The notes: a model not told the origin generated them from the sequence alone. 64,000 nucleotides of DNA from an uncultured Rhizobium sp. (GCA_964447395.1 CAYUSO010000004.1:109-64108); one strand, 5' to 3'. Shown: positions 1 to 9,593, counted from the stretch's first letter. Numbers and translations are program-made.

Positions 1-51
1 AGACTTCATTTGAGTGCGTCACTATAAAATTTTTTTTGATCAACTCTAAAA

Positions 52-112
52 AAATTTAGCAAAAAAACTCCTTACTTCGAAAATTTCTTTTCGAAATTTT
101 TTTGCTAAATTT
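52..112. terminator. compound A-run/hairpin/T-run structure, bidirectional-terminator-like
   Basis: 16-bp outer stem aaatttagcaaaaaaa (52-67) / tttttttgctaaattt (97-112) encloses a 7-bp inner stem tcgaaaa (77-83) / ttttcga (88-94). No ORF of 60 aa or more in 1-424. Confidence 0.4.
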
Positions 113-424
113 TTTTACTTAGACTCGTTATGACACCTAGAAAACCAAGGCTTCACGGGCTATGCTACAAACACCCTCTTCCAAACAAGGTCGCGCATCT
201 TTCGAATGGCAAAATATTTTGCAAGCAAAAGTTTTATGCGAGGTTAATGGAATTACGGCAAGTATCCCATGCAGACTAATTTTAGTCCCAGTTCCCTACA
301 CTGCGCTGAGAGATGAGGGTCTTTTCTCTACCTCTTAACTTCACTCGAAAAACTGAGAATTTTTAGTTTGTCGCAGAAGTTGATACCTAAGGGCATATCG
401 CAAATCTGCTTTTGCAAAAAAATC

Positions 425-2503
425 TTAAGATTTCTTAGCTTTAATTTCCTCTGCGACTGCTGCTGGAACTGGTTCGTAGCAATCAAATTCCATCGCATAG
501 CTGGCACGACCTTGAGACAATGAGCGCAAGCTATTCACATAGCCAAACATTGAAGCGAGAGGGACTTTGGCGGTGATTACTTGCGTGACATCACGCGCTT
601 CAACATTTTGAATTTGTCCGCGACGTGAGTTGATGTCTCCGATTACGTCGCCCATATAGTCTTCAGGGGTGACGACTTCCACTTTCATGATTGGTTCAAG
701 AATGATCGGGCCAGCTTTTTCCATAGCTTCGCGGAAGGCAGAACGAGCTGCAATTTCGAAGGCTAAAACTGATGAATCCACATCGTGATAAGCACCGTCA
801 AGCAAAGTAGTTTTTAATCTAACAACTGGGAATCCAGCCAAAAAGCCAGTTTCTTTTGCTGATTTCAAACCCTTCTCAACACCTGGAATAAATTCTTTCG
901 GAACGCGTCCGCCCACAACTTCGCTGGTGAAAACAAAATTTTCTGGAGCGTCTGCTGGCAATGACTCAAATGCGATTTTAACTTTCGCAAATTGACCAGA
1001 ACCGCCAGATTGTTTTTTGTGAGTATAATCGATCTCAACTTTTTTGGTGATGGTTTCGCGATAGGCCACTTTTGGTTGGCCGATATTGGCATCAACTTTA
1101 AATTCGCGCTTCATGCGATCGACGATGATTTCCAAATGCAACTCGCCCATACCTTTTAGAATGGTTTGGCCAGATTCTTGATCTGATTCGATGCGAAGTG
1201 ATGGATCTTCCGAAGCCAAGCGCGACAAAGCCATGCCCATTTTCTCCTGATCCGCAGTTGATTTCGGCTCAACCGAAACTTCGATTACCGGCTCAGGGAA
1301 AACCATTCTTTCCAAAATAATATCATAACCTTGCTCGACGAGAGTATCGCCAGTTGTAGTGGCCTTCAAGCCAGCAAGGGCAACGATGTCGCCAGCATAT
1401 GCTTCTTTGATGTCTTCACGATTATTGGCATGCATCAACAAAATACGACCGACTCTTTCCTTGCTGTTTTTGGTGGTATTAACAACTCCCGTTCCGCCTG
1501 ACAAAGTGCCGGAATAAATACGCACGAAAGTCAATGAACCGACGAAAGGATCAGTCATGATTTTAAACGCCAAACCAGCGAATTTTTTATCGCCGCAATT
1601 GATGGTGATAGGTTCATCATTATTGCTGTTCATTGCCGGAATTTCTTTGATATCAACCGGACTTGGCAAGAAGTCTACAACCGCGTCTAACAAGGTTTGA
1701 ACACCTTTATTTTTGAAAGCAGTGCCATTTAAAACTGGAACGAAAGCGCCAGCAATTGTCGCTTTACGAATGCATTTTTTGAGATTTTCTTCGGAGATTT
1801 CTTCGCCGTTTAAATATTTTTCCATCAGGGCGTCGTCTTGCTCAACAGCAGCTTCAACCAATTGTTCGCGATATTGTTTTGCTTTGTCGAGAAGATCGGC
1901 TGGGATTTCTTCCAAAGTGTAATCCGCGCCCATGGTTTCGTCTTTCCAAACTACGGCTTTCATTTTGATCAAATCGATCAAACCGCCATAATTTTCAGCT
2001 TCATGAATTGGCAATTGAATTGGAACCGGACGAGCACCCAAGCGGGTTTTCATCATATCAACACAACGATAAAAATTAGCGCCGGTGCGATCCATTTTAT
2101 TCACAAAACACATTCTTGGAACTCTGTATTTATTAGCTTGGCGCCATACAGTTTCTGATTGCGGTTCAACGCCAGCAACTGCATCAAACACACAAATTGC
2201 GCCGTCAAGCACGCGAAGTGAGCGCTCAACTTCAATCGTAAAATCTACGTGTCCCGGAGTGTCGATGATGTTGATGCGATTATTTTTCCAGAAGCAGGTT
2301 GTGGCTGCAGAAGTGATTTTTATAACTCGTTCTTGTTCTTGCTCAATCCAGTCCATTGTAGCTGCGACGTAATGCACTTCGCCGATTTTGTGCGATTTTC
2401 CAGTGTAAAAAAGGATGCGTTCGGTGGTGGTAGTTTTACCAGCGTCGATGTGAGCCATGATACCGATATTGCGGTATTTTTCGATTTCGATTTGACGAGA
2501 CAT
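425..2503 (-). CDS. fusA: translation elongation factor G
   Basis: 692-aa ORF with G1 [10 protein letters not shown]3 DTPGHVDF, G4 NKMD and G5 [10 protein letters not shown]. Full EF-G length, same strand as rpsL-rpsG. Switch I is atypical (see findings). Confidence 0.96.
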   Translation of the reverse strand: MSRQIEIEKYRNIGIMAHIDAGKTTTTERILFYTGKSHKIGEVHYVAATMDWIEQEQERVIKITSAATTCFWKNNRINIIDTPGHVDFTIEVERSLRVLDGAICVFDAVAGVEPQSETVWRQANKYRVPRMCFVNKMDRTGANFYRCVDMMKTRLGARPVPIQLPIHEAENYGGLIDLIKMKAVVWKDETMGADYTLEEIPADLLDKAKQYREQLVEAAVEQDDALMEKYLNGEEISEENLKKCIRKATIAGAFVPVLNGTAFKNKGVQTLLDAVVDFLPSPVDIKEIPAMNSNNDEPITINCGDKKFAGLAFKIMTDPFVGSLTFVRIYSGTLSGGTGVVNTTKNSKERVGRILLMHANNREDIKEAYAGDIVALAGLKATTTGDTLVEQGYDIILERMVFPEPVIEVSVEPKSTADQEKMGMALSRLASEDPSLRIESDQESGQTILKGMGELHLEIIVDRMKREFKVDANIGQPKVAYRETITKKVEIDYTHKKQSGGSGQFAKVKIAFESLPADAPENFVFTSEVVGGRVPKEFIPGVEKGLKSAKETGFLAGFPVVRLKTTLLDGAYHDVDSSVLAFEIAARSAFREAMEKAGPIILEPIMKVEVVTPEDYMGDVIGDINSRRGQIQNVEARDVTQVITAKVPLASMFGYVNSLRSLSQGRASYAMEFDCYEPVPAAVAEEIKAKKS

Positions 2504-2525
2504 AAAAAATTTTGAGAAAATTTTT

Positions 2526-2606
2526 AGTCGTAAGTCATGAGTCGTAAGTCGTAAGTCAAACCGAATCCGGCAGCAACTTACGACTTACGACTTACAACTT
2601 ACGACT
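2526..2606. repeat. 81-nt hairpin built from heptamer tandem repeats (gtcgtaa / cttacga)
   Basis: 31-nt arms agtcgtaagtcatgagtcgtaagtcgtaagt (2526-2556) and acttacgacttacgacttacaacttacgact (2576-2606). 28/31 positions are complementary, the inner 16 bp perfectly; loop is 19 nt. Confidence 0.9.
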
Positions 2607-2640
2607 TCTTAAAAAGGCGGCGCAAAGTATTTTTCGATTT

Positions 2641-4353
2641 CTAATTCACAAGAAATTTCTTCAGGAAGCGGAGCGCTGCGATTAGCGGTTTATGAGGTAC
2701 AAAAGTGATTTTTTTACCGTCAACTAAAGTGAGATTTTTTCCCAAAGTTGAAATGGTGTGAATGCCATCAGGCCAAGAACTGAGCTGATTTGGATAGATT
2801 TGAATTTCTTCCAATTCTGAAAAATCTTCTTCACTGAGCGATAAAATTCGATTAAGAACAATCGATCCACCGTAAGTTTTTGAGCAATTTTGTGACGGGC
2901 GAAACAGCGCGCCATCATGCGAAAAAATTTCTCCACCGCATCGCGCTGAGGCCAAGTCAATCTTGACTGGATTGCGTGGATGCATTTTCCATTCTCCGCT
3001 CAAACTTTCACTAAAAGCGAGGTGAAGTTTATCATCACCTTGATCGCTGAGCGTGAAAAATATCCACCATTTTCCGCCATGTTTTACAATTGACGGATCG
3101 ACAATTTTCATGCCTTGGAATAAATCTCGAATAGGCTTTAGAGACGCGTCATCATTGACTTCGTAAAGAGTCAGTTTTTTTTCTTTATAGCTTTCAACTA
3201 AAGCAAATTTTTGATTTCCGTCGCAAAAAATGTAAGGATAAGAGAGATGTTTTTTGTGATTTAAAATTTCTTTTTCGGCAGTGATTTTGAAATTTTCATC
3301 AATTTTCAAATTGCAGATTTTTCCCTTGCGCGACCAATAATCGTAATGCTCGAACAAAATATTTTTTTCGCCATTTTGCGAAATAAATCCAAAAGGATCG
3401 GCGCGAAAATTCATAAATTTCGGACGCGATAACCATTCAATTTTTTGATTAGGAAAATTCAAAAAATCGGCGATATTTTTGCGCACAATTCCGATATTCC
3501 AAATTTCCTGATAGAACATTTTTGCCAAAAATTTTTGGGAAAATTTTTCTGCACGAACACGAAGTGAATCACTTCTCGTGCTGCGCAAATAGGAGTGAAA
3601 CGAGCAATAGTGATATTTGAATCTGCGGCGATATTTTCTGATATTTACGTCGGCAGTATTTTTATAATTCAGCTTTCTGATGCGAATTTTTTCGCGATGA
3701 AAAACTAATAAAAAATTGAAATAAATTTGATATTCTGAAGCCGAATGTTCGCTATCGGCATGCTTGAGAAAAATTTTGTAAAAGGGATCGCCATCAGCAT
3801 CATGGGCTTCAGCCTTGGCAAAAAGATCGCGCATAATTTCGCGGTTAAACATCATGTTGTGACTGATACCAGAAATTTCGCGAAATTCCGACGGAAGATT
3901 TTCAATGGCAAGAGCTGACAATACTGCTTTGGCGTGCTTTGCAACTCTGATGTCAAAATCTCTGCATCGCACATTTTTATCTTTGCTGATATTGTAAAAA
4001 GACCGATTTTGCTCGTCTAGCATTGCAACACGACGAAAAAAAACCGTGTCACTATCGAGAATCATCACATTTTCGCTGATGCCAGGAATCACCAAGGGAG
4101 CGTAGAGTTTCAAAAGTTGCTGAAAATACCAACCAACCGAACCACCAACATAATCGCGCACCAACTCCAAAGAAAATGGAAAAAGCTTTTCATCAAACCA
4201 TTCAGCATTGTCGGAATAACGCTCTTTTGAAACCACGATAATACGGCGCGCATTAACAATTTTTTTCTTCGCCGCCTCGATGCAATATTCGAGAATTTGC
4301 AAATCTTTTTTGTGAACTGGAATTACAATATCGATTGGTAAATTTTGCGCCAT
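2641..4353 (-). CDS. two-domain hypothetical protein: N-terminal GT-A-like sugar transferase fold, C-terminal beta-propeller-like domain
   Basis: 570-aa ORF. N-half has DIVIPVH, WYFQQLLKLY and ILDSDTVFF (DxD-like). C-half has WNIGIV, FRADPF, HLSYPYIF and GEWKMHPRNP, resembling from memory bacterial proteins annotated as glucosamine inositolphosphorylceramide transferase family. The function call is motif memory only. Confidence 0.6.
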   Translation of the reverse strand: MAQNLPIDIVIPVHKKDLQILEYCIEAAKKKIVNARRIIVVSKERYSDNAEWFDEKLFPFSLELVRDYVGGSVGWYFQQLLKLYAPLVIPGISENVMILDSDTVFFRRVAMLDEQNRSFYNISKDKNVRCRDFDIRVAKHAKAVLSALAIENLPSEFREISGISHNMMFNREIMRDLFAKAEAHDADGDPFYKIFLKHADSEHSASEYQIYFNFLLVFHREKIRIRKLNYKNTADVNIRKYRRRFKYHYCSFHSYLRSTRSDSLRVRAEKFSQKFLAKMFYQEIWNIGIVRKNIADFLNFPNQKIEWLSRPKFMNFRADPFGFISQNGEKNILFEHYDYWSRKGKICNLKIDENFKITAEKEILNHKKHLSYPYIFCDGNQKFALVESYKEKKLTLYEVNDDASLKPIRDLFQGMKIVDPSIVKHGGKWWIFFTLSDQGDDKLHLAFSESLSGEWKMHPRNPVKIDLASARCGGEIFSHDGALFRPSQNCSKTYGGSIVLNRILSLSEEDFSELEEIQIYPNQLSSWPDGIHTISTLGKNLTLVDGKKITFVPHKPLIAALRFLKKFLVN

Positions 4354-4368
4354 TTGCTGAATTTTTTA

Positions 4369-4402
4369 CAAAAAAAAGGCGAACCTTTTTAGAGGTTCGC
4401 CT
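4369..4402 (-). terminator. intrinsic terminator after rpsG
   Basis: The minus strand reads aggcgaacc-tctaaaaa-ggttcgcct followed by tttttttt. This is a 9-bp GC-rich stem plus U-run, about 23 nt after the rpsG stop and 16 nt before the start of the 570-aa ORF. Confidence 0.7.
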
Positions 4403-4425
4403 CGGATAAAATCCATTCCAGGAAA

Positions 4426-4893
4426 TTACCAGCGATAATGTGCAAAAGCTTTGTTGGCTTCGGCCATTTTGAAAACTTCTTCTTTCTTTTTTGCTGCCCA
4501 GCCTTTGTTTTCCAAAGATTCTAGAACAACCGTGACTACTTTGTTTGAAAGCTCTTTTCCTTTGATGTTTTCGATTGAAGTTTTCAACCATTTCAAAGCA
4601 AGAGCTGAACCGCGACGTGGAGAAACTTCTACCGGAATTTGGTAAGTCGCACCACCAATACGACGCGATCTAACTTCAACCTTTGGCGTGATATTTTCCA
4701 AAGCTTCTTTGAAAATCACGACTGGATGTTTTTTCAATTTTTTTTCTAAATTGTCGAAAGCTTCGTAAATTGCTTTTTCAACAACTGATTTTTTTCCGTC
4801 ATCCATTAAGCGGTTAACGAATCTAGAAACGATTACTTCGCCATATTTGGCATCAGGAAAAATTTTTCTGATTTTTGCTGCTCTTCTACGCAT
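4426..4893 (-). CDS. rpsG: 30S ribosomal protein S7
   Basis: 155-aa ORF with typical S7 sequence (DDGKKSVVEKAIYEAF, RRIGGATYQIPVEV), immediately downstream of rpsL. Confidence 0.97.
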   Translation of the reverse strand: MRRRAAKIRKIFPDAKYGEVIVSRFVNRLMDDGKKSVVEKAIYEAFDNLEKKLKKHPVVIFKEALENITPKVEVRSRRIGGATYQIPVEVSPRRGSALALKWLKTSIENIKGKELSNKVVTVVLESLENKGWAAKKKEEVFKMAEANKAFAHYRW

Positions 4894-4904
4894 TTTTTAA
4901 AAAA

Positions 4905-5276
4905 TTATTTAGGTTTTTGAGCGCCGTATTTTGAACGGGCTTGTTTGCGATTTTTAACGCCTTGAGTATCCAAAGAACCGCGCACGATATGATAACGAAC
5001 ACCTGGCAAGTCTTTTACACGACCACCGCGGATTGCTACAACCGAGTGCTCTTGCAGGTTGTGTCCTTCACCAGGGATGTAAGCGATTACTTCGAATCCG
5101 TTGGTTAATTTCACGCGTGCAACTTTACGCAAAGCTGAGTTTGGTTTTTTTGGAGTTGTGGTATAAACACGAGTGCAAACGCCTCTTTTTTGTGGGCAAC
5201 CCTTCATCGCTGGAACCTTGTTCTTAGCGGTTTGCTTGACTCTTGGCTTTCTGATTAATTGGTTAACTGTAGGCAT
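4905..5276 (-). CDS. rpsL: 30S ribosomal protein S12
   Basis: 123-aa ORF near-identical to the canonical S12 core ([49 protein letters not shown]). Confidence 0.98.
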   Translation of the reverse strand: MPTVNQLIRKPRVKQTAKNKVPAMKGCPQKRGVCTRVYTTTPKKPNSALRKVARVKLTNGFEVIAYIPGEGHNLQEHSVVAIRGGRVKDLPGVRYHIVRGSLDTQGVKNRKQARSKYGAQKPK

Positions 5277-5405
5277 TGAAATGCTCTTTTGAAAAGTTAG
5301 TAAATTTAAAATTTTTGGGAGATTTTCCTAAAAAAGGGTCGCGCTTTCTATGAATCGAGAATTGTTAGTCAACAAAAAACTAGTCATTTAACTTGGGCAA
5401 TTATT

Positions 5406-5443
5406 CCTTCGCAAACTCTCAGGTAATACTGAGCTTGCGAAGG
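5406..5443 (-). terminator. hairpin downstream of the peroxiredoxin gene (possible terminator)
   Basis: Stem ccttcgcaa (5406-5414) / ttgcgaagg (5435-5443) with internal pairing. There is no clean U-run, so this is weak. Confidence 0.3.
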
Positions 5444-5499
5444 CATAATGGCGCTGTCGTAAATCCGCTTTCGTGCTTAAACTTACGACTAACGCTTTC

Positions 5500-6111
5500 T
5501 TACAAATCCTTCGCGTTTCCTGCTAAATATTCCGCCACGCCTTTGGCATCAGCTTTCATTCCTTTTTTTCCTTTATTCCAGCCGGCTGGGCAAACTTCGC
5601 CATGTTCTTGGAAAAATTTAAGCGAATCAACCATGCGCAAAGCCTCGTCGATATTGCGTCCAAGTGGTAAATCATTTACAACTTGGTGACGCACAATGCC
5701 TTGTTGATCAATCAAGAAAGTGCCGCGCAACGCTACAGCATCGCCAGTTAAAACATCGTAATCGCGAGCGATTGATTTAGTTAAATCAGCAACGAGAGGA
5801 TATTGGATTTGACCAATTCCGCCTTTTTCAACTGGAGTATTTTTCCAAGCCAAATGTGTGAAATGAGAATCAACTGAAACTCCGATTACCTTAGCGCCAC
5901 GGCTTTCAAATTCTTTTAAACGATTATCAAAAGCGATAATTTCGGACGGGCAAACGAATGTGAAATCAAGCGGATAAAAAAACAACACGCCGATTTTTCC
6001 TTTGAGATAGGAATGCAAGTTAAATTCTTCGTTAATCACAGGAATTTCGTTGCTTGACATAACTGCTTTTGCAGTGAAATCCGGAGCTTTTTTTCCAACA
6101 AGAACTGACAT
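5500..6111 (-). CDS. typical 2-Cys peroxiredoxin (AhpC/Tsa family)
   Basis: 203-aa ORF with peroxidatic motif [10 protein letters not shown] and resolving Cys in GEVCPAGW. Confidence 0.93.
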   Translation of the reverse strand: MSVLVGKKAPDFTAKAVMSSNEIPVINEEFNLHSYLKGKIGVLFFYPLDFTFVCPSEIIAFDNRLKEFESRGAKVIGVSVDSHFTHLAWKNTPVEKGGIGQIQYPLVADLTKSIARDYDVLTGDAVALRGTFLIDQQGIVRHQVVNDLPLGRNIDEALRMVDSLKFFQEHGEVCPAGWNKGKKGMKADAKGVAEYLAGNAKDL

Positions 6112-6237
6112 ATTTTTTAAAAAATTTAATTGAAAGACCGAGTAAATTACTCGGGTTTTAAACTAGAAATCATCAAACGAAAATCAATGGAGAATTTTTT
6201 AATTTGGCACTGTCGTAAAGACAGATATTTGGCTATT

Positions 6238-6373
6238 TGGCAATCATCCCTTGATGGATTAATTTTCTAACTTCAGCTCCCCGAGCGGAGTCGAGGGGTA
6301 GGAAAGCAAACTCCCAACCCCTCGACTTCGCTCGGGGAGCTAAAAATTTTTGTTCATCAAGAAATAATCGCCA
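6238..6373. repeat. nested palindromic element, family A, full-length copy
   Basis: Core cagctccccgagcggagtcgagggg-taggaaagcaaactcccaa-cccctcgacttcgctcggggagc (6274-6342). It is enclosed by the outer inverted repeat atcatcccttgatggattaatttt / ttcatcaagaaataatcgcc. Confidence 0.85.
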
Positions 6374-6472
6374 GAATTTAAAAGATTTTAATTTGCAATT
6401 GTTGCGACATAAATTTAGTTTTTGCCGCTCCTAAATCTCTTCTTTTTCAAATCTTAATTCCCTCACGAAACC

Positions 6473-7468
6473 ATGTCTCTCCTAGATGCAAAGCCTATTT
6501 ACAAACCGTTTAATTATCCTTGGGCTTACGATGCTTGGCTTAAACAACAACAAGTGCATTGGCTGCCGGAAGAAGTTCCTTTGGCCGACGATGTTCGCGA
6601 TTGGAAACACAATTTAACCGCCTCTGAAAAAAATCTTCTCACACAAATTTTTCGCTTTTTTACGCAAGCTGACATCGAAGTGAATAACTGCTACATGAAG
6701 CATTATTCACAAGTTTTCAAACCAACTGAAGTGCAAATGATGCTCGCAGCTTTTTCCAACATGGAAACAGTTCACATCGCCGCTTATTCGCATTTGCTAG
6801 ACACCATCGGAATGCCAGAAACCGAATATTCCGCCTTCATGAAATACAAGGAAATGAAGGATAAATACGACTACATGCACAAATTCGGCATCGGCACCAA
6901 AAAAGACATTGCCACTACTCTCGCAGCCTTCGGCGGCTTTACCGAAGGTTTGCAACTTTTCGCTTCTTTTGCGATTTTGTTAAATTTCCAACGCTTCGGA
7001 AAAATGAAAGGAATGGGTCAAATCGTGGCTTGGTCGGTGCGCGATGAATCTCTCCACACCGCGTCAATCATCAAACTTTTCCGCACTTTCGTTCAAGAAA
7101 ATCCTGAAGTTTGGGACGAAGAATTAAAAGGCCGCCTCTACGAAGCATGCGCTACAATCGTGCATTTCGAAGATGCTTTCATTGATCTCGCTTTCGAAAT
7201 GGGAAATGTTGAAGGCCTAACTTCGCGCGAAGTTAAACGCTACATTCGCTACATCGCCGATCGCCGTTTGAGCCAACTCGGCCTTAAAGACATCTACATG
7301 ATCGACGTCAATCCGCTACCTTGGCTCGACGAAATTTTGAACGGAGTTGAGCATACAAATTTCTTCGAAAATCGCGTCACAGAATATAGCAAAGCCTCTA
7401 CAACCGGAACGTGGGAAGAGGTTTTCAGCGAAATCGATTCTGATCGTCAAAAAATGCTCGCGGTTTAA
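6473..7468 (+). CDS. nrdB: ribonucleoside-diphosphate reductase beta subunit
   Basis: 331-aa ORF with di-iron/tyrosyl radical family motifs (QIFRFFTQADIEV, NMETVHIAAYSHLL, FASFAILLNF, RDESLH). Confidence 0.92.
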   Translation: MSLLDAKPIYKPFNYPWAYDAWLKQQQVHWLPEEVPLADDVRDWKHNLTASEKNLLTQIFRFFTQADIEVNNCYMKHYSQVFKPTEVQMMLAAFSNMETVHIAAYSHLLDTIGMPETEYSAFMKYKEMKDKYDYMHKFGIGTKKDIATTLAAFGGFTEGLQLFASFAILLNFQRFGKMKGMGQIVAWSVRDESLHTASIIKLFRTFVQENPEVWDEELKGRLYEACATIVHFEDAFIDLAFEMGNVEGLTSREVKRYIRYIADRRLSQLGLKDIYMIDVNPLPWLDEILNGVEHTNFFENRVTEYSKASTTGTWEEVFSEIDSDRQKMLAV

Positions 7469-7478
7469 AAAATCAAAA

Positions 7479-8258
7479 ATGAAAAAATTTCCGAAAAAAT
7501 TTATTGGAATTTTCCTTTCAATATTTTTTTTCGCGCAAATTTCTGCCGCATCAACTAGCCGGAATCTCACAATTTTCGCCGAGCAAAACATGGCTTTGGC
7601 GCTAACAAAAATCGCTCGCATTTATTCGCAAAAATCCAACGTAATTGTCTCGGTTAATTTCAATTCTTCTTCCGAATTAATTTCCGAAATTGATTCCGGC
7701 GAACCCGCTGACATCTTCATCTCCGCCCATCATGGCTGGATTGAATCTTTGCGCCAAAAAGGCGTGGTTGATGTCTATAATGTTGGCTATATCGCCAGCG
7801 ATGAATTGGTTTTGGCAACCTCAAAATCAAACCCCAACATTCCTGCAGAACTTCAGAATAAAAAAATTATTTTGGCAGATGCTTTAGCCGTGCTCAATCG
7901 CGAAAGATTAACTCTAATTCTCGACAACGAAAATAATTCTTCGGGAAATGCCTCCAGCAATTTCATCAAACATTTTTCCTTCGAGAATTTAAAATTATTT
8001 CACAAGCTCAACGAAGATAAATCACCATTCATCAGCATCATCAAGAGCAATAGCGAGAACTACGCCTTACTACTCGCAAGCCAGATTAAAAATGAACCAA
8101 ATTTCCAAACTTTGGCCAGCAAAAAAGATGAAAATATTTTTTATCAAGCTCTAGTAATCGCCGGCGACAACATGGAAATCGCTCGCGAATTTCTAAAATT
8201 TTTAAAGAGCGATACATCAAAAATAATTCTACGCGAAAGTGGTTTTGTTGTGAACTAG
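7479..8258 (+). CDS. periplasmic substrate-binding protein, ModA-like (molybdate/anion ABC)
   Basis: I chose the internal ATG at 7479, which gives the signal peptide MKKFPKKFIGIFLSIFFFAQISAAS. ModA-like segments are NFNSSSELISEIDSGEPADIFISA. No modBC genes are adjacent. Confidence 0.55.
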   Translation: MKKFPKKFIGIFLSIFFFAQISAASTSRNLTIFAEQNMALALTKIARIYSQKSNVIVSVNFNSSSELISEIDSGEPADIFISAHHGWIESLRQKGVVDVYNVGYIASDELVLATSKSNPNIPAELQNKKIILADALAVLNRERLTLILDNENNSSGNASSNFIKHFSFENLKLFHKLNEDKSPFISIIKSNSENYALLLASQIKNEPNFQTLASKKDENIFYQALVIAGDNMEIAREFLKFLKSDTSKIILRESGFVVN

Positions 8259-8303
8259 CCTCGATGCACAAAAACAGATCGCAAAACAAGTTCGCAAATC
8301 TTC

Positions 8304-8335
8304 ATCCCGAACTTGTTCGGGATTCGCGTTTTTTT
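8304..8335 (+). terminator. hairpin plus T-run after the ModA-like gene (family B hairpin)
   Basis: atcccgaa-cttg-ttcgggat (8304-8323), then tcgcg and ttttttt (8329-8335). Confidence 0.5.
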
Positions 8336-9593
8336 AAGCCCCCTTTTTGATCTCCTTCACCTTCACCAAAATCAAATCATGTCCGCGTTTTTTTAGAATC
8401 TGAAAATAAAAACCGCTGATTACAAAACTCTCTTTTTCATCAGGAATTCTTCCCAAATTATTAATGATGAAAGCCGCTAGGTTGTAGGCGTCATCACCCT
8501 CTTCTACTTCCCATTCCAATTTCTTATTAATGTCGCGAATTAAAGTTTTTCCGGCGATTTTGTAGCCTGATTTAGTTTTGATAATATTCATTTCCGACTC
8601 TTCATCTTGCTCTTTTATTTCGCCGACAATTTCTTCGAGAATATCCTCCAGAGTCACTAAACCAGCGAGCGAGCCATATTCATCAACCACCAAAGCGAAG
8701 CGTTTTTTTCTCTTTCTAAAAGCAAAAAGTTGCGAGCGTAAACTATTGCTAGATGGCGTAAACCAAGGCTCGGAAGTGGCTGGCGTTAATTCAAATTTTT
8801 CCAAATCGCCTTGATAAAAATGCAGAGCTTTAAGCAATTTTCGCACGTTTAAAATCGCCACGATATTTTCCTTATCTCCGCTCCAAAGCGGCATTCTGGT
8901 ATAATTTCCAGCAGTCGCTCGCTTCACAATTTCAGCAATCGGCAAGTTGATATTGATCGATTCGATATCTTTGCGATGCACCATAATTTCGCTGATTTCG
9001 GTGTCGGATAAATCCAAAACTCCGTCGAGCAAATCCTTGTCATATTTGAAAATCGAACCTTCTTTGGCCTTGAGATCAACGGCGTCGCGAATTTCTTCTA
9101 ATTCCGCTTCTTGAGTTTTTTTGTCAGTTTTTTTGAAAAATAAGTCGGAAAATTTTTGAACTACAAAAACTATCGGGGAAAAAATTCTAAACAAAAATTC
9201 AATCGCTCCTGCGAAAAATAATACGATTTTTTCCGAAGATTTTATCGCATAAGTTTTTGGCAAAATTTCTCCAAAAACTATCACCAAAATCGTCAATAAA
9301 ATCGTCGCGTAAACCAATCCAATTTCACCAAACATTTCGAGCAAAACTTTTGTGGTGACTGCAGAAGCGACAATGTTGACGATGTTATTGCCAATCAGCA
9401 TCACGCTCACAACTTTTTCGCGCTCTTTGAGTAATCTTTCCAATCTCTTTGCCCTTTTATTTCCCTCGCTCGCGAGCCGATGAATCTTCGCACGCGAAAC
9501 TGCTGTGATTGAAGTTTCAAAACAGGAAAGTAGCGCTGAAAAAATCAGCAAAAGCAGCACGATAATCAGATTAATTTCTATGTCGTTTAGCAT
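8334..9593 (-). CDS. tlyC: hemolysin C-type CNNM/DUF21 + CBS pair + CorC_HlyC domain membrane protein
   Basis: 419-aa ORF with an N-terminal 4-TM region, a CBS-like middle part, and a C-terminal transporter-associated domain (LAGLVTLEDILEEIVGEI). Confidence 0.85.
   Translation of the reverse strand: MLNDIEINLIIVLLLLIFSALLSCFETSITAVSRAKIHRLASEGNKRAKRLERLLKEREKVVSVMLIGNNIVNIVASAVTTKVLLEMFGEIGLVYATILLTILVIVFGEILPKTYAIKSSEKIVLFFAGAIEFLFRIFSPIVFVVQKFSDLFFKKTDKKTQEAELEEIRDAVDLKAKEGSIFKYDKDLLDGVLDLSDTEISEIMVHRKDIESININLPIAEIVKRATAGNYTRMPLWSGDKENIVAILNVRKLLKALHFYQGDLEKFELTPATSEPWFTPSSNSLRSQLFAFRKRKKRFALVVDEYGSLAGLVTLEDILEEIVGEIKEQDEESEMNIIKTKSGYKIAGKTLIRDINKKLEWEVEEGDDAYNLAAFIINNLGRIPDEKESFVISGFYFQILKKRGHDLILVKVKEIKKGA

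Noticed and set aside
120-424. tmRNA, SRP RNA, tRNA or secE downstream of fusA
   Set aside because: There is no T-loop (ggttcga.tcc) or tRNA-like end, no tag-peptide-like reading frame ending in hydrophobic residues, and no gaaggaagcagc-type SRP motif. The longest peptides (22 and 49 aa) have no SecE-like TM segment.
1-2503. Absence of tuf after fusA as a novel rearrangement
   Set aside because: An unlinked fusA and tuf is an established feature of Rickettsia-type genomes, so it is not novel in itself.
4253-4591. 112-aa minus-strand ORF bridging the 570-aa gene start and rpsG
   Set aside because: It is out of frame with rpsG and runs through the intrinsic terminator. It has no support.
7347-7478. 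N-terminal extensions in the ORF track (also at 20654, 23109, 31109, 32819, 35161, 45057-45122, 46580-46636, 52574, 53425, 55740, 56781, 61207)
   Set aside because: The extensions overlap upstream genes, tRNA fragments, hairpins or parS sites. They are followed by internal ATGs that give canonical family N-termini or signal peptides, so I used the shorter starts.
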